From Squalus acanthias (Eukaryota), in contig CM059432.1 in the NCBI GenBank assembly GCA_030390025.1, positions 47,680,001-47,744,000 on the forward strand: a DNA stretch of 64,000 bases. Reading direction: 5' to 3'. Below the pieces are notes generated by a model that had not been told where the DNA came from, searched no databases, and worked only from the letters and a program-made list of their open reading frames with translations. Shown piece by piece: positions 63,125 to 64,000 of this stretch (position 1 is the stretch's first letter; every line of letters begins with the position of its first letter). Position numbers and translations under genes: made by a program.

Positions 63125-63352
63125 ACACCGTGTGGAACCCCCTCCCTACAGCGATCCACTTCTCTTCTCTCTCTGCCTTTCAAAAATTCTCAGAACTCAT
63201 CTTTTCCACCAAGCTTTCAGTCATCACCCATAATCTCTCCATCCATAGCTTGGTGTCCATTCCATTATCTATTTTTTTCTCTCCCCTCTCCCTTTGTAAA
63301 GCACTTGAAACAGTCCTACATTAAAAGGTGTTATATAAATGCAAGTTGTTAT
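63125..63352 (+). mobile_element. Degraded L2 3' end
   Basis: Ends ttatataaatgcaagttgtt. Confidence 0.6.
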
Positions 63353-63599
63353 TGTATGTCTGAAATTATTTTGTCCACTATTTTAGTCAGGTGTTAATTC
63401 ATTTATTTTAAAAGGACTTACCGTCACTACTGAAACAGCAGACAAAGGATTTTCAGGATAAAATGTTCATAAAGTATCCAACATTGTAATTTCAAGGCCA
63501 CAGATTTTTGAATCCATAAATTGTAACGTGAGCATATGCTGCAAAGTTTGAATTGTTAAATTATATGAAGGGCTGAGGAGTTTCAAGACTGACATTTAC

Positions 63600-63659
63600 C
63601 CTCATATAACCAAATGATAGTTGTTCCACAGTTTGCCGATGTAGGAATGCATCTCAGTC
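63600..63659 (-). CDS. Candidate 60-nt exon
   Basis: ggttttgcAG acceptor, GTAAAT donor; single open frame LRCIPTSANCGTTIIWLYE. Confidence 0.35.
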
Positions 63660-63919
63660 CTGCAAAACCTAAGCCATTTGTGTTATATAATTATATGATA
63701 TTCTGAACTGTTATCAGCAATACGACAATTATTTGGACTGGAGTATGAATGATTTTAGTTGATACGAGATTTAATCTTTGTTTGGGATGATGACATCATG
63801 CTCCTGGTGCTGAAATGGGATGGTAAAGATTAGTGTGGGACAATTGAGCTGGATTCTCCTCCCATTGGTGGGTTAGCAGCGTGTTGGTCCTAACACTTGC
63901 CAATGTGAAACTGCCGCTA

Positions 63920-64000
63920 ACATGATGATACTAAGATGGGAGGGAAAGTAGTGAGTGAGGAGGACATAAAAAATCTGCAAGGGGACATAGACAGGCTAAG
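63920..64000 (+). mobile_element. CR1 RT fragment running off the window
   Basis: DDTKMGGKV..LQGDIDRL. Confidence 0.7.

Overview
Repeat-dense eukaryotic DNA, most likely from a cartilaginous fish (shark). This is inferred from the repeat content: CR1/HER1-like and L2 LINEs, tRNA-headed DeuSINE-like SINEs and Penelope-type termini. No complete intact protein-coding gene is visible. There are two host-gene signals. (i) A CpG-island promoter at ~11.1-11.85 kb has a probable non-coding first exon on the minus strand, with candidate small exons further downstream. (ii) The apparent 3' end of another minus-strand gene at ~60.2-63.7 kb is built from a chain of very short candidate exons ending in a terminal exon with AATAAA. 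Most of the rest is decayed mobile DNA: CR1, L2, Tx1-like and RTE-like LINEs, hAT and pogo-like elements, and a dense set of PIF/Harbinger elements. The Harbinger set includes three two-gene copies (transposase plus intron-containing Myb/SANT partner), older transposase remnants and several MITE families with 3-bp target-site duplications. Penelope-type termini carry minimal hammerhead-ribozyme motifs. All family calls come from motif recognition by eye, not database searches, and element boundaries without TIR/TSD support are approximate.
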